NCBI RefSeq assembly: GCF_009914755.1
Contig: NC_060925.1
Strand: one strand, 5' to 3'
DNA: 64,000 nucleotides
Origin: the human T2T-CHM13v2.0 reference genome, Homo sapiens
Part shown: one piece after another, positions 27,521 through 41,141 of the stretch
Numbering within the stretch: position 1 is the stretch's first letter
Layout of the letters: the number at the start of each line of letters is the position of its first letter
The notes under the pieces: model-generated
The model's input: only the letters and a program-made list of their open reading frames with translations
What the model was told of the DNA's origin: nothing
The model's database searches: none
Program-made: the position numbers and the translations under genes

Positions 27521-29087
27521 CTCCACTCCTTATTGTAAAGGCAAAGAAACTGAGGATAAGTAACCTGCATCATCCCTTCCCCAGAAATTCCCTTTTCCTA
27601 ACAATTGATTGACCTGTATTCAATATATCTGGGAGCCAAGGGTCGGTGCTAAATTCTTTCTTTAAATTATTTTTAGCATGGAGAACCCGCGATTACTCTC
27701 TATATAATTGGCATGAGCAAGTGCTTAGGACTTAAGTAAGCAGACTTGATAATAAACATTTTGCAGTCTTAAATGCACAAACGCTTCTGCTTCTGGTAAG
27801 ATTAGTTGACAAAACTATAGGAGGCCGCTAGAGAGACTGTCTGGGATTTTCCTGTGTGGAGTGGACACAATTAGATCTGCAGAATATCTGATCCTGGGAA
27901 AGAAAGGCTGACAGTACGATAAATAGGCTGCTACTGCATTTTGATCAGTGTTCCTACAAGCAGACAGACACATTCCCTCATTCACCATGTCCAGAAATCC
28001 AAAATTTATAGATCTCTTCACTTGCAAAATGCTCCTAAACCAATTTTATTTCCACAGACTTGACCTTTGGCGTTTAGACTTTCTCCCCATTGGCAAACCC
28101 AGGCTCCATTTTATCCTGCAGACGGCCATTTTGGCAGTTTCCTTAACAGCTTAAGGAAAGAACGAGAAGTCTACATATGGAGACCTCATCCCGGTTGCCT
28201 AATGGATTCAAAAGACATCCTGAATATTCATCATTTCTCCTTTTATGAGCACCTTGGCAATTCTCTCTAAAGGCGAAGGCTGCAGTAAATTCAGAAGTGC
28301 CATTTAGTGAATACCAATCTATCTTCAATTCAAGTCTAACTTTTTTCCTGCTCCTCGGCACACTATGGTAGCTCCTGAGAACTCAGTGAATGCAGGGCAT
28401 TGTCTCAGCTTGGGGGAGGCAGGATTGTTTGTGAAAATCCAAAGCCTGAAGCGGTGGTCTGCTCCTCAGCCTGCTTGCCTGAGCTGTATGCACTTACCTT
28501 GCATTCTCTGCAACTCCTTTCCTGGAAGCTGGAAACCTTTGGGGAAAATGGTAAAATCATGCTGGAGTGCTTGGCTTGGTGACAGGGCTTTTAATCAGTA
28601 GTTGTAAATTGGCAAATATTGTTTAGCTCTGTGCCTGTGATAGTTCCCTTAGGTGTGCTTGAGATCCATCACAACATTCCCCAAATGTGTATCCCCCAGG
28701 ATACTGATGTGGGTACTTGTTCAACGGTGGTAGCTACAGACAGAGACAGAAGCCCTCTGATTATTTTTGTTCATTCGAACAGTTCAGGCTGCTTGACCCT
28801 GAGTGTGACTACAGAAGGTGCAGCGGGAGGTGGCTGTGATAGTCTCTGCTGTGGAGCCACTCTGTCTCCCCACAGGCTCTATGCTGGTAATTGAGCCTTT
28901 TCTCCCACCCAACTTCAATGTCATCCACATTAACTGCACATTGTTCATCGATTTCTCATAGTTTTTCTCTCCTTCCTGAAAAAATTGGGGCCTGAAATCT
29001 CAATCTCCATTAGCTTTTGTACCTTTTTACTCTAGAACAGAAACACATGTACTTATTATTTATCTGTTTATATTAGTATGTTCTTGA

Positions 29088-29436
<349 letters not shown>

Positions 29437-29659
29437 TAGAGACATTATTTCTTGGACAAAGTCAAATAATTGTCAACCCATAGGTTTGGGCCAACCCATG
29501 CTTGGGTGTTGGCCCAAAGTGTTTCTTTCCCTAGTGACCTGCCTTTCCTCCACATAGATTGTTAAACTTTCCTCTGAAGCCAAGAGGCTATGCCATTTCT
29601 CTTTCTTCCTTTATGCACCCCAACTGTCTTAGTGAATTTAAACAGCTTTTGAGCCCATC

Positions 29660-30017
29660 ACAGAGTTTGCACACCATGGCTCACAGGCCACATCTGGCCT
29701 GTGGACCTGTTTTCCTTGGCCTTTGTATTGTTTTGAAATGTTTTCAATTAGTTGCCAACATTTACAAATTGGGAAATTTTACATTAAAGTGTCCAGACTT
29801 TGGGAGCCTCATGAAAAATCAAAAAATCTGAAAACCTTGAACCTGCATTTCTATTCAACAGTTGGCTGGGACTGAACAGATGGGGAAGTGTTAGGAGCTG
29901 TGCATGTACTCACTAGTTTGCCACAGTCCACACTACTGCTAGTATTTTATGACTCCTCTGTTCACTCTCTCACTGACCTGCCTGGCTGCTGTAGGCATTT
30001 GTGTTTGTGAGGACTGG
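29660..30017 (-). mobile_element. MER102-like hAT-Charlie element
   Basis: End cctgcctggctgctgtaggcatttgtgtttgtga and internal agttgccaacatttacaaattgggaaatttt match recalled MER102. Confidence 0.65.
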
Positions 30018-32924
30018 TCTAATAGAAGACAGAAAATCTGCCTAGGAAGATTATATTTTCTGTTTTGTTGCCCACCTCCTCCAATTATTCTTCTTATAGG
30101 AAAGAAGGAATCAAAGGGATCTAAGGAAGATTTGTGACTTTTACCAATTTAGGAGACCTTATTGGAAGTTCACTAGTTTAGGAAGGAAAGATGGAAGTCT
30201 CACATTTTGGTTTATGATTATTATTTTTCTCATACTCAGAGACAGCTCTTGAACTTAGAATTATGCAATCTTGCAGCAGGAATTGAAGCAGGGTGCATAA
30301 ATCAGGAACAGACTCTAAAGCAATATTGGAAGAATACAGTTCAGAAGCAATCAGCCTACAGAATAGGAAATGGCGTAGGTCTCATCTGAGGCTAGGTGTG
30401 AGTGAATTCCGTCTGGCCAAAACGTAGTACCCACCAAGGGGAGAGAAAATAGATAAAAGTGGCTAATTATCCCACAGATAAGATTAAGGATATTAAATTG
30501 CCTTCTAAATTCAGGGTGTTTTGTGAAATTAAGGGGCCATTCATCTTGTTCTTTTTATTGATTAAGAAGCAAGAGAAAAGCTTTTTAAATAGTTTGCTTC
30601 CTTGTGTTGAATAGTGAGTGGTAGAGAAAGTTGGAACCTCTTATACATCCTACAAATGACAGGCTGGTGCAATGACATGGCATGACTTTGAGAATGGTGC
30701 ATAAGGAGAAGAATCATATCAGTGCTTACAAGCAACCTCTTCAAAATTTTGACTTACTCTTAGATTGTTCTTCTGCTGAAGTGACAATGCATTTGGGTAC
30801 TCTGTATATATACCAATAGGGAGGTGGTAAGTGGGGTAGCTTTGCAAACTTTCCTCTGGACCTGAAATTCCAGCATCCAGTAAAGTAGGAACTTTGCATC
30901 TCCTGCTACCTGAACTCTATGTGGTCTATTTGTGGATTGGAAGGGTTGGAAGGAATACTTTGGACCTCTGTTGGTGTCAGATACGATGACAATTGAGCAG
31001 TCCTCCCAAAATTTGCTGTCTTGTTTTTATTTCATGTTATGCTAAGTCAAAATCCATATGTTGCACTCATATTTTAAACACAGGTCTACTTCTTGCTTTT
31101 TGAATTTGGGAACATTCTGATTATCAGACCCACATCCTCTCCAGGGCACTTAGCCTTGTGACACTATAACTCCCAATTTTTGGAAGTGACTCATAACGTC
31201 TGCTTATACTTCTCATTCAGTGTCATGGTTGGGTCCCTGTTGGCTTTTGATTTTAAGTGCCCGACTTGTAATCCGCTCAGCCTGAGAGAGAACTTAGAAA
31301 TCGGAAGTATTTTATGTTCCAGGCTGTAGACCTTATGAGGTGATGACAGTGTTCTATAGGGATATCTGTTCTGCTTTTCCTATTGAAATCAGTGAAGGAA
31401 CTGGAGCAGAGTGCTTAACAAGGGCAGAGAGCAAATGAAACTGCCTTGTGATAAAGCTGAGAATGTGATGATGGCGTGTATCAGCACAGCTCAAGGAGGG
31501 GACTGGCTAAAAAGCAGGTTGGAGAAAGAGGGAGGAAGTGAAGGTTTCTACACATATCCAAGCAAGAGAGAAAGCCAAAGGTGCCAAGAAAACCATATAT
31601 ATATTACATTATCAATTATATATATATGCATATATATAATTAATTTGAATAGCCCAAAGGTGTATGTTTTTAATAGGAGTGAGTGGGGGCCATTTAAAAT
31701 GGGTCAAGTGCAAAGCAGGTCAAGTGCAAAACGGGTCAAGTGCAAAACGGCTGGGGCTGGGGGTCACAGGCTGGGACATCACTGGACTGAGGGGTCAGGG
31801 GTGAATTCCTGACTCAGGCTATTCTCAGCGTGTCTGCTTTCTGTTTAAAAGCTTTCTATTTGAAAAAAAAAAAAAAGACAAAAACCTGCTTTATTTTTTC
31901 CTTTGAAAAAGCAATAGCAAAAAGTATCACGGAATATCTTTAAAAATCAGTCCTTCTTTTAAACTTTTTTTTCTTTTTTTGAAGAGCCACTTCAATTTCT
32001 CCTATAGAAAACTTTCGCTAATAGATCTCATGAACATATTTGGTTCCCTTATTCCTCTCTTTTTGTAACTCTCTTGTTTATGTTGCCAGTCATACAGATG
32101 ACATGTCGTTCTGTTGTGAATTCCCCATTATGTCGTTAGAATGAACATCCATTCTGCCCATTAACATGTAGTCTTTATATCTAAAGCTCTGGTCTCTAGA
32201 AATGTAACCCAATGAAAATAAACGCGTTGCGTTTTGGCTGAAAATCAACATGCCTTCATGATCAGTAAGCATTAATTGTTTTTGGCTTTGACAACAAATA
32301 AAGCTATTTCAAGGTTTCTTTAAACAGGCCTTAAATTTGTTGGAGGGTGGTGTAATACTTAGAGCATCACAATAAATATTTGTCTGTTAGAACACTCATT
32401 CATAAATGAGTAAATATGCCTTATGCCAGGAACTGAGGATGGGCCCTGGAGATACAGGAGGGAATTCCTTGTCTTCTAGGAGCTAACACTTATAATTTTG
32501 AGACTATAATTTTATCTTTATTTGGGATAAGAAATAATTACGCATTACATGTTAGAACTCAGCGCAGTGCAAGTACATTAGAGACATTTCTTAGCCTGTG
32601 TGCAGTGATTGGTTAACCCACCACAACTCAGGCAGGTCTACAAAAGCTGGATTGGTTTCTATTTAGTCTCCATGATCATTAACTAGAAATTGCCACTGAG
32701 CAATTGCTTTTGTTATATTTCCTCATGGGAGTTCTAAATTAAGGTCACTCTATACTAGCTTTACAGTCTTGGGGTTAATATAAGGAACTGGAAGTTTCTG
32801 CTTCATGCTTTATGTTTCTCCATTTTGAGACTCATTTAGAAACTTAAATTTGGAAATATATAGTCCTGTGTATTTAGCAAAGGATGCAATTTATGTCAAT
32901 GGATATTTCACAGAAAAATAAACA

Positions 32925-33235
32925 ACCTTGTGTCAAGTAGGTTTGGTAAATATTGAGTAAAACTATCTTACCTTTTAGATTGGTGCAAAAGTAATTGAGG
33001 TTTTTGCAATTAAAAATAATTGTAAAAGTAAAAATACAATTAAAAGTAAAAGTAAATCGATTTTTTTTAGGGTAAGACTTCTCAAAGACTTTAAGTGCTA
33101 ATGTGCATTGTGAATCTTTAGGATTGGGTTAAGCAAAATTTTTCAAATATTTTTGGCTGCACAATATTTATAAGGAGGTTTCTCAAAGCACTTTCTGTGG
33201 GTCTAGTGTTTTATGAAATCTATGTTGGAAAGAAG
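32925..33235. mobile_element. MER103-like hAT remnant containing a partial MADE1 (32976-33050)
   Basis: gacttctcaaagactttaagtgctaatgtgcattgtgaatc; MADE1/HSMAR1 TIR ttagattggtgcaaaagtaattg. Confidence 0.6.
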
Positions 33236-33805
33236 TGCAATGACCACACGCTCCAATCCAGAAGACTTAGACTATAAAGAGGCTCAATGACTTGCTGAAG
33301 GTCCTGAAGACAGCCAATAGCTGCTGGGACAAGAACTCACCATTTTGTTAGCAGGCTAATGTTCTTTCCACCATGGCATGGCATTCCTTTTTATTCCTTT
33401 CCTTTTTTAGTACCTTTTCCCCACCTTGATGGCTTAGGCCTACTGGTAGCTTGTTATGTTTTCCATGTCATTTAGGTCCCTTTGAAATAGTAAGAGTGGC
33501 TCTCTCAGTTCCTTGTGTTCTGATCGGATTTTTTCCCTCGAACAGCTAAAAGTTGAGCACATCAGCTAGTTCTAGGCAACACCTCCACTCCCTCACCCTT
33601 AACCTGTCCTGGAGGAGGCTTTCACTTCAGTTCCTGCTGCTGCTTTATTATAAGCATGGATCCCTTGTTAATCCATCCCATCCATGTCCTGTCTTCCCAC
33701 TAAGCTCAAGGTCAAGATATACTAATTTGAACTCATCATTAGATTTGTTTGTGCTCTTGGGTCAATTATGTTTGTGATCACTCTGAGTTCTATTCTCCTA
33801 AGCAG

Positions 33806-34132
33806 ATTTTGTTGTGTTTTGTTTTGTTTCATGTTTTTGGAGACAGAGTCTCACTCTGTGGCCCAGGCTGGAGTGCAGTAGCATGATCTTGGCTTACTGC
33901 AACCTCCGCTTCCTGGGTGCAAGTGATTCTCGTGCCTCAGCCTTCTGAGTAGCTGACAGGCACGTGCCACCTTGCTTGACTAATTTTGTGTGTGTGTGTG
34001 TGTGTGTTTTCAGTAGAGATGGAGTTTCACCAAATTGTCCAGGCTGGTCTCAAACTCCTGACCTCAGGTGATCCACTGCCGCCTTGGCCTCCCAAAGTGC
34101 TGGGATTACAGGCATGAGCCACCATGCCCGGC
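33806..34132 (-). mobile_element. AluSx-like with (TG)n in the linker
   Basis: TSD TTCTCC(T/C)AAGCAGATTTT at 33793-33810 and 34133-34150; gacctcaggtgatcc. Confidence 0.9.
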
Positions 34133-37100
34133 TTCTCCCAAGCAGATTTTAACCTTGCTACACATAGGATCTTCCTCTGATCTTATCACTGTCTTCCATC
34201 CCAATTCCATTAGGATCCGCTTCAGTATTTTGAACTCTTCTGGCTGCTGCAATATGTTATTAACTTATGTGATATCCATCTGTAATACATACCAGTCTGT
34301 GACCATTAATGAGAAAAGAAAGTTGGTGATAAAAATTTTGTCACTGCCAAAAAGAAGATTTGCATCACTTATTTACCCAGAGGCTGTCAATGTAATTAAA
34401 AATATGATGAGGTGCTGACTGAGACACCAAATAGCTGACTGGGCAATAATTTTAGTGATTTCACTTTACTTTGGTTATTTACTTAGCTGATTGATTGTTT
34501 TGTGACATTTTATAAAAGAAAATACCTATTAAATTTCTATTCATTTGTACGTGTTTGCTGGCCTTTTCTTTCTTCAGTAGTTGTATCCTACTGTTCTCAA
34601 TTCCAAGTTTTAATAAGGTTAGGGTAGAAAAACTATTATATAAGTAGAACCATGAACTATTTTAATGCAACCATTTGCTTAACAAATAAAACTAAACTTA
34701 CCTTCAGAGCGAGATGAAATTTCTTTTTCAGTGCTTCTGCTGGAGATATTGCCTGATGAAGAAAAATGGTCCTGTCTTTATCAGGAGGTGTTGTCCTCCT
34801 ATACCCAAGCAAGATTAAAAACTAGGCCTTCAATCCCCACAAATGGATAAAGAAATTAAAAAAAAAAAAAAGATTCCCATACAGCCTGGCTTTTTATGTA
34901 ATCCTTTACTTCCCTTTGGAGGAAGGTCCTGTTCATTGGCTAGGACCAACAAGAGACATATTTAATTGTTAATTATTTGTCTTTGCCTTTTTTTAGTGCT
35001 ATATTTATGATTAGAAAAGCTTGTTTAAAGCATTATGGCTAAAAAAAATGTAGTCAAATGTACTGGAGCTCTTAAGGAACTTTAATAGGCTATCAAAAAC
35101 AGTGAAGATTTATTTAATGTCTCCCTTCCAGGAGGATATATTGTTGGTTCAGCTGCAACTTCTTAACTTCATCATATTTTATATACTTTGGCCATCATGA
35201 ATTGCCACAAGGCCTGTTGCATGGTGTGATTTAAAATGTGTTCTGATTAAGTATACAGAAGTGGTCCTGTTCCCCAATGGAGGAAGGAGAGGAACATCAT
35301 AAATATACATTGTTTAAGTGTAAATTCTACTTCTCACTCATAGGTTATATTGTACTTGCATGTTTTATGCTCTGTTGGTACTTAAAAAAATCATTTCATT
35401 CAGGGACATTTCCAGAGATCTAACCAAGAGCCAGGCAACAGGGACCTACTTAGAATTCTTTCCTTAGAATTTGTAATGGGGGCAAAATAAGGCAACGAGA
35501 GGAAGTAAGTATATAGTATAAAGCTCTTCTGTTGAATTACATATAATGGGCATACATCTGAGTCTATGAGCTCATATGGGCAAGATATTTACTTTTTTAT
35601 TTCCTCACATCAAGGCACCCAACTTACCTGACTGGTAGAAATTTTATCTTGGTCACTTGTTGGGCCAATTTGTTTTTTCTTGGAGGGTACCAGAATCTGA
35701 GAGGCTATGTGAGGCCAAGGAGATGGATAAAAGGCCTCCCATCTCCAGGATTCCATGTTCACATTGACATTGACATTCTTATGGTCAAACCAGTGAGTAT
35801 TCTTGATATATGGCTGCTCTCTGCTTTTATGCTGGGTGTGAGGCTCAAGTATTTCTGTAAGCCTGGGATCCTGAGAGTCCAGGTGTCCTTCTCCAAGAAG
35901 TTCTACTAAATATCCTGGCAAGGCCTTGCTACTTCCCCACGCACCACTGCAGAGAGCAAAGTGATCCACACTGGTCCCAGACCCTGCAGACCTTTTTTCT
36001 TCCCAGAAGAAAAGATGACTTCCCAGAAGTCATCCTGGCAGGATGACTCTAGGACTCAAAAGATTTTCCATCCCTGGACCCCTCTGGACATGTAGAATGA
36101 CCTCAGCCTTCTGGGCATTTCTGCTCTTGGTTTTGCTGTTCAGTCTACTAAAGTCACTGAATGAAGGCAGCCCAAAGGTATATCCACCTGTTGAAATGGG
36201 GGCAAGTGATTGTGACAAGAGCAGAAATACAGGGAGAACAATAACACATTCACAAAAACTTTGCTCTGGATGGGTAGAGATGTTAAGACCAAGAGAACAT
36301 GGCAACAAAAGTGGCTTGAATTGGGAAATTCAGGTAAGTCCTATTTCCCCCTGTTGACTCAAGAACTCTGTTGACTGGAGAACTCTGTGTACCCAGTAGA
36401 ACAGTTCATGTAACATAAGCATCAAAATAATCAAGGGCTGAAGAATAAATAAAAGACGGGCCCCCAAACTCTCCAGTGAAGAAAAAAAGATATAAAAAGC
36501 AGTAAAATGAAGATCTGTTTTCTTTTTTTGTGGGCCATATCATCTTAATAAGTCCCATTGTCTGATTTATTGGTCCCATCACTAGAGAATCCAAAGCTTC
36601 TTTGACCTCCTAGGTGATTTTCAAGTTATAGCCACAGCCCTGATTCTAAAATCTTAGGTAAAAGGTACATATAGACTTGTCCCAGTTATTACAAATGAAT
36701 ATGGTGCATATACCTTACATTATAAAATACCCACTTTGTATTTCTTAAGCAAAATTCATGAAGACTTTCATGAAATGAAATAAATACTATAAGAAATGTC
36801 ACGTCTTTTCAGGTCAGTTTTTGCTTTCATATATATTGAAATCAGGTGAGATTTTATGGCCAAGCAGCTACAAAAAACTTTCACTATTCAGGTCTTTTGC
36901 ATTTTGGAATTACAGATAAGAGATTGTAGATCTTAAGTGAGAGTCAAAAGTTGTTCATACCTAAGCAAGAAGAGAGAGAATGAGATATTCTCTGTGTATA
37001 AGCTGCCCACACCTCTTTGGCTGTGTGGGAGCATAAATATTATTCTCCTTTTTATGCTGTAGTATTAGCTGTATTGGGAAATAAGTAAGTTTTGGCATAA

Positions 37101-37159
37101 TGTCAGTTAAGTGATATTAGGAAGCTTTACAACAAACTGGAAAGCTTCAGTGTTTCTCA

Positions 37160-37700
37160 GTCCATTCATTCAACAATGATTGAGCACCCACTGCATATCA
37201 CGAACCAACCTAAGTGTTAGGGAAGACAGCTTGTGCCTTCATGGTGTTCCCCATATTGTGGGGGAGTAAGTGCACAATGATACTGTGGCAAGTGTTAAAA
37301 TAGGGGAAGGCATAAGACGCTTTGGGACAATAAAAAGAGCAGCCAACTTAGACAGAGGGGAATGATGGTGGGCTTCTTTGAAAGAAGGAGGAGATGGCCC
37401 TGAGCAGAGTCTTGAGTAATCCCTAGGCATTACACATGAACAGAAACAAAAAGAAGGGGTGATGGGTGAAGGGATGTTCCAGACAGCTGGAGACATATGT
37501 GAAAATGTGAAAAGACAGCATTAGAGAATGCACGTTTGGGAGAGAGGGGGACCAGGGATGATGGAAGAGAGGGGCCAGATGCCAAACCATGAAGGATGAC
37601 TTTGATAATCAGGACTATCTACATCAGTGGATCATCAATGAAAAGCTTTCCAGCCCAAACAGGGTGATGAGAGCATCTGTCCATGAACTACTGCCCAGAG
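37160..37700 (-). mobile_element. L2 fragments
   Basis: cattcattcaacaatgattgagcacccactg L2 tail, gggatgttccagacag. Confidence 0.55.
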
Positions 37701-39069
37701 CTCATCTGGTAGCTCTAAAGATCTACTATTCATGTCAGAAACAAGAGATTAGGCACTGCTCTCTTGTAAGCACTGAGGAGGATAAAGAACCATGGAACAC
37801 TGTGGGAAGAAATAGTTTGAGGCCCACGCTTGGAGAATCTTTTATGTTGCGTGTGGGGCTCAAGTATTTCTGTAAGTCCTCGGGGCATCTGCAACAGCCC
37901 AACCACTGCCACCAGTCCTTTCCTAGGGAAAAGAGAAGACTTTACACTGCTTCCGACAGAGAGATCTAGTTGGGTAACAGGGTTTCCTCGTGGTTGTGGG
38001 GGCTTCCTCAGGACTAGAAAGGAGGATATACTGGAAAAGGATTGTCAGTCAAAGCCATGGCAAGCTTGAGGGCACAGACGTGTGGCAGGCTTGTACAAAA
38101 GGAACAGGGAACTGGAGGCAGAGCAAGCTCTGGGCAATTTCAAACTTTGCTCTCCTCTCCCCGATTCTCTCCCCTTTTCTTTGGGTTGTTGCTGTGTTAC
38201 TTCCAGCCCTCAGAGATGATGAATTATGGCTGGTGGTTGTTTCTAAGCACAGTGCATTCTTTTTTAATTAGAATAGTTCTTAATATTACAGTGCAGACCT
38301 GCTGGTAAGACATTTGGCACCGGGGCAGGTATGAATCCCTCAGCAAACTCCTCACACACCATTCCTAGGATGTAACACATACTTTGTCTCCACCCAGAGA
38401 TTGTCCTCTGGCTCTAAGTACCACCTCCCTCCCCTCTTCACACAGATGCCCTGAGGACTCAGACTTCTGTGGTGCAATCTTTGCCAGTCTCGGTGACAGT
38501 TTTAGAGTCTGGAAGCAAAGTGAAAAATAATTTTGCCTGTTTTACCCTAGGATGCCAGGTTTTGAGAAGAAATGTCCTGTCTTTGTATGCATTCAAATAT
38601 GTATTCAGAGGTTTTCTAAGACAACTAAGGACCTAGTTAACACTCTAACTGCAATTGTAGTCAGGAAAACAGAAAAAACCACATGTAGCTTGGGGAAATG
38701 AAGGCTGTGGTAGGGGCAGTTCTTTCTTGTAGCTATTCAGGAATCTCTTGCAGGCAGTGTGGTCTTGGGATAAGGGTATTGATTGAAATAGTTTCTCTCC
38801 AACCTCTTTTAGGTTGCTCCTTTCACTTCAGAAGTCCTGCCTTTTGATATCCACGGTGGTTGTGCTGTAGGATGGTTTTTCAGGGCTTTTCATGATCTTT
38901 GTTCCTATTCTAGTTCTTCACCTTCCTTTTCTATCAAAACAGGCCTATGGTGGAAAAAAATCCTACAGAGGGCTTTCTAACAAAAAACAGTTTTAATATT
39001 ATAATTCAAAGCAGTAAATATTAACAAATGGTAGGCAGGGGCCATGGCAGGTGATTAATCAGAAGCCAG

Positions 39070-40810
39070 CATCCACCAATTCCCACTGCAGAGCTTCCAT
39101 CTGCACCCACCTGCTTTGCCTTCCTGTCCCTCACTGTAGGTGAGCTGTGCTCAACGTGTCTGCGTCTGCACTGGATCTTGTCTCCTCATGTGCCCACAAT
39201 TCTCCCTCTCTACTATGTCGTATTTTCTTCTCTCTCTGGGCCATCTTCGTCAACTTATTAACATGTCATTATTTCTCTTCTTGAACATGTCCTCCTTTTG
39301 ACCATCTACTCTACCCTCCAGCTAGCATCCCACTTCTTTACTATCCTCAGCAGAAAATTTCCTACAAACTCTTCTATCTCCTTCTGTCTCCAGCTCCTTT
39401 CTCTCATGCGCTCTAAAATCCACCCCAATTAAACCTTTGCCTCTCCACTGCACCATACCTGCTTTTGTCAATGTCCTTAGCGATGTGCATTTTGCTAAAT
39501 TCAATGATTACTCAGCACTATTTGACACTAGAGTCATATCCTTCTCTCTAGATACGCTCTCTCGGTGTTGTTTCAGACTCATTGGCTGCTCCTTCTCAGA
39601 CTCCTTTGTTTCTATTCTTCTTTCTGACTTCTGAATACTGCAGTGCCCAGGCCGCTGTTCTTGAATTCCTTCTCTTTTCTATGTACAGCCATTCACTTGG
39701 TGAGCTCATTCAGGTTCATGGCTTTCAATACTTCCTGTGCTTATGACTACCAATTTTATATGGCTAGCTCAGTCCCTTCTCCTGAATCTTCAGACTCCTA
39801 AATTCAAACTCCCTCTCTTGCATCTCCACTTACATATCAATCATGTGTTTTAAACTTACATATCCAAAGTTGAACTCCTGATTTTCCCATCAAACCCACA
39901 AATCGTCTTCCCAATCTTGGTTGGTCGCATCTTCATTCTTTCAGTGGTTCAGGCCAAAAACATTGGCACCAAATCTATACCTTTCTATCTCATGCCTCCT
40001 ATCCAACCCATCAGGAAATCCAGAAGACTCTATCTTCAAAAAAATATCCAGGATCCAACCACTCTTCACCACTTACGCTGCTGGTCTTTTGGTCCAAGTG
40101 CTGACATCTATCATGTCCAGTAGATTCCTAACTGGTCTCTCAGCTTCCCCCTTTGTTTTCTTATAATTTTTTGTCAACACAGCAAAGAGGTTGTTGTAAA
40201 ATACAAAGTTAGCTCATATCAGTGCTCCCTGGAAAAGCCTCCTGATCATACTCAGATGTTTGCCAAAGTCTTTATGATGGCAAAGGGTCCCTCATGATCT
40301 ATGTCCTTGCCCCTCAATACTTCTGTTCTTCCCCACTGCTCCCCGCCACCCATGCTGCCCCAGCCTCACTGGCCCTCTTGCTGGTTCTCTCCTATGTCAT
40401 ACATGTTTCCTTCCACTCCGGGCCTTTGTCCTGGCTCTCTTTTCTGTGTCTGGAAACCCTGTCCTTGAACTATCCACCTGATTAACTTCCTCAGTTTTCT
40501 CATATCTTTGCTCAAATGCCACCTTTTTGGTGAGGCCTGCCTTGACCTCCCTGTTTCATGTTGTAAACCATCCCATGGCACTCCCAATTCCTCTTTTCTA
40601 TAGCACTCATCACCTTGTAACCCAACACACAATTTACTTATTCATTGTCTTTATTATAATAGTCTGTCCAACCCTCCCCCAAACAATATGAGCTCCATGA
40701 AGGCAGTTATTATTATTAATTTTTTTTGTTTACTAGTATATTCCAAGCATTTAAGTCAGCACCTAGAACTGAGTAGGCTTTTAATAAATATTAGTTGAAT
40801 GAATAAATGA
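39070..40810 (+). mobile_element. L2 LINE, ~1.7 kb 3' portion
   Basis: catggctttcaatac...catctccactt...ctcaaatgccacct...ends taataaatattagttgaatgaataaatgaa. Confidence 0.8.
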
Positions 40811-40865
40811 AAAATAGGACATTGACATTATATTTTATAAGGTATGTTCATGTTATTGCCTTAAA

Positions 40866-41141
40866 AAATTTTTTTTAGAGAGTATTGCTCTGTCACAAAG
40901 GCTGGAGTGCAGTGATGCAAACATGGCTCACTGAAGCCTAAACTTGCTGGGATCAACTGGTCCTCCTGCCTCAGCCGCCTGAGTAACTGTGACTACAGGC
41001 ATGTGCCACCATGCTCAGCTAATTTTTTGATCTTTTTGTAGACACAGGGTCTCACTTTGTTGCCCACGCTGGTCTCAAGCAATCCACCCACCTTGGCCTC
41101 CCAAAGTGCTGGAATTACAAATGTTAGCTACTGCACCTGGT
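40866..41141 (-). mobile_element. AluJ within a MIR
   Basis: Diverged dimer; MIR continues tttaatcctcacaacag after it. Confidence 0.8.

Noticed and set aside
31612-31645. AT-rich near-palindrome around tgca
   Set aside because: Expected by-product of (TA)n low complexity
31701-31748. CRISPR-like or other repeat-spacer array
   Set aside because: Units are contiguous with no spacers, only three copies, eukaryotic context
36328-36342. Strong splice donor CAG|GTAAGT (also near 47327)
   Set aside because: No matching acceptor, reading frame or transcript evidence can be established from sequence alone
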